The notes beneath the pieces were generated by a model, which did not search any database, was not told the origin of the DNA, and was given only the letters and a program-made list of their open reading frames with translations. Below, piece by piece: positions 9,492 to 11,496 of a stretch of DNA of 11,496 nucleotides; position 1 is the stretch's first letter; each line of letters opens with the position of its first letter. The DNA is from Octopus sinensis (lineage: Eukaryota). Location: assembly GCF_006345805.1 (NCBI RefSeq), contig NW_021826986.1, positions 1-11,496 on the forward strand. Direction: 5' to 3'. The position numbers and the translations under genes are program-made.

Positions 9492-9614
9492 TTTTTTTTA
9501 CTCTTTTAGTTGTTTCAGTCATTTGACTGCGGCCATGCTGGAGCACCGCATTTAGTCGAGCAAATCGACCCCAGTACTTATACTATCGATTCTTTTGCCG
9601 AACCGCTACGTTTA
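9492..9614 (-). mobile_element. SINE family A, 3' fragment
   Basis: CTCTTTTAGTTGTTTCAGTCATTTGACTGCGGCCATGCTGGAGCACCGC...AGTCGAGCAAATCGACCCC is the reverse complement of about 6510-6650, with one internal deletion. Confidence 0.92.
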
Positions 9615-9987
9615 TAGAGCATAACATTTCTAACTTGGGATGCAATCCATGGCAAGCATTTCAGTAGTGAGACTCTGGGATGTTTTAAGCGACACATGAT
9701 GGACATCGGACAATAATTGACCCTTACGATTATCAAAAATATTCTTGCATACTCCAAAGTTAAACTCCGTTAACAAGAATATTGTAGCCATTAATATTTC
9801 GACATACCGGCTTAAAATATCTTGGACATCCCTAGGTGAAGTCGCTTGAATTCACCCGTATATTTGACCAGTTCACATTTCACCATTCCAGGACAGATTC
9901 AGAACAAATTTGATTCTGATGTAATTTTAATTGAGAATATATTTAAATGTTTTTTTTCCCCTTTATTTTAAAGATACTTGTTTATAT

Positions 9988-10203
9988 ATTGGTTTCCAAT
10001 TTTGGCACAAGGCCAGCAATTTCGGAGAGGGGATAAGTCGATTACATCGACTCCAGTACTCAACTAGTACTTATTTCATCGACCTCGAAAGGATTAAAGG
10101 CAAAGTCAACCTCAGCAGAATTTGAAATCAGAATGTAAAGACGGATGAAACGCCGCTAAGCAATTTGTCCTGCCTGCTAACTATTCTTCCAACTTACCGA
10201 CTT
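9988..10203 (-). mobile_element. SINE family B, full length but diverged
   Basis: Colinear reverse complement of 11218-11425 (GGCACAAGGCC...AGTCGATTACATCGACT...AAAGGCAAAGTCAACCTC...GAATTTGAA...TGCTAAC), with many CpG-type changes. Confidence 0.9.
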
Positions 10204-11027
10204 AGTGTTACTTTTAATATTGAATTATGATATCTACTATTTCTAAAAGTTGATGAAACCGTGTAGGGTTACCCTTTCGTTTGGCTGTTATATGTAACTC
10301 AGTCTTAAAACCCTGGAAGTACACGAAATCTCACCACAAAAATATAGCACTTATCTTTATACAATTACGAATAGAGCTTTTTTTTATGTGAGCGCAAAGA
10401 ATGAGAATACAATTTGACGTTGAATATAACACTTGAATGAAATGCGGATATTTCCCGACGCGTCAAAGATGGTAATATGATATTATATAAGGATTTCGAT
10501 AAATATGACATTGATATACAACAAAACCATATTACTTATTAAAAAATGACATTAGAAGTAATAGTAAGATTTCTGCAACTGTTCGTTATCTTTTGAACGA
10601 CTTCGTCGAGTTGCATTTCTACTTAGATTAAATAACGTATCCTCAGATTTATAGAGCAATTTAGTACACGGGTATAATATTATCACTCCTTATTTATTAA
10701 CGCGAATATGGATTCAGTAATATTAAATAGATCCTTGTTTTTTGTTCTTGTATGGGATCGCTTTTCGTTTTGGGAAAGGGAAAAGAAGAAATAGAAGGTG
10801 AATATGTATGGATGAGTAAATGGTATGAATTTGTTTATCGCTATATTTTATCGGAAATAAAGGAAATGTTGAGAAAAGAGAGGAAGACTTGGCGCAAGCT
10901 GCTTCCGCATAAAGAAAATCAGTCAACTAAATGTACTACTGAATCAGGTGGTAATGTTAAACTATGTGACAGTCATTTTCACCATTGATGCAACGGGTCA
11001 GTTATAGAAACGGCTAATCCGGCACTC

Positions 11028-11148
11028 GTCTGCGTAGACCAAGAAGTGCGAAATGAAGTACCTCGCAAAGAGACCCAACCGTAGTTCTATTCTAGAAATT
11101 GAAACCATAAAATTAAGATTGATAGCCCAACGCCATAATTGTTAGCTG
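11028..11148 (-). mobile_element. Highly decayed tRNA-SINE head, related to the family D head
   Basis: 11091-11138 aligns without gaps to 7721-7768 at 29/48 identities by hand count, mostly transitions. The relic B box reads GGTTTCAATTTCT on the minus strand. Boundaries are approximate. Confidence 0.5.
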
Positions 11149-11217
11149 GGTATTTTCGCGTTATATAAAGATGGTTACAGATAGATAATAATGGTGTAAT
11201 ACTAGTGTGCCCCCAAA

Positions 11218-11432
11218 GGGCGGCGAGCTGGCAGAATCGTTAGCACGCCGGGCGAAATGCTGAGTGGTATTTCGTCTATCTACGTTCTAAGTTCAAATTC
11301 CGCCGAGGTCGACTTTGCCTTTCATCCTTTCGGGGTCGATAAATTAAGTACCAGTTACTCACTGGGGTCGATCTAATCGACTGGCACCCCCCTCCTAAAT
11401 TTTGGGCCTTGTGCCTAGAGTAGACAAAAAAC
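11218..11432 (+). mobile_element. tRNA-derived SINE family B, full length, with an imperfect ~19-20 bp TSD
   Basis: A-box-like TGGCAGAATCG (11229-11239), B box GTTCAAATTCC (11291-11301) and an A-rich end. It is flanked by AATACTAGTGTgcccCCAAA (11198-11217) and AATACTAGTGTactCCAAA (11433-11451). Confidence 0.93.
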
Positions 11433-11496
11433 AATACTAGTGTACTCCAAATCGTGTTCCGCTTTACTGAATGTCAGAAACTACAGGTGGGAGAAG

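Noticed and set aside
10752-10988. 78-aa ORF
   Set aside because: Purine-rich low-complexity composition, no recognisable domain and no splice context.

Overview
AT-rich, repeat-dense, apparently non-coding eukaryotic DNA (intron or intergenic). No protein-coding gene is supportable: the supplied ORFs are almost all translations of microsatellites or SINEs. The SINE types and microsatellite density suggest an octopus (coleoid cephalopod) genome; this is an inference from recalled repeat families, not a search. The window holds many microsatellites and three tRNA-derived SINE families, labelled here A (4 copies), B (3 copies) and D (1 intact copy plus 1 relic head), two of the copies with target-site duplications. 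It also holds two same-orientation copies of a ~200 bp repeat (family C, 2485-2689 and 3172-3371). On the minus strand each C copy carries a 36-nt minimal type I hammerhead-ribozyme fold with a palindromic ACGU stem III, as described for Penelope-like retroelements, but with a non-canonical U at core position 6. This hammerhead pair, 697 nt apart, is the most interesting signal.
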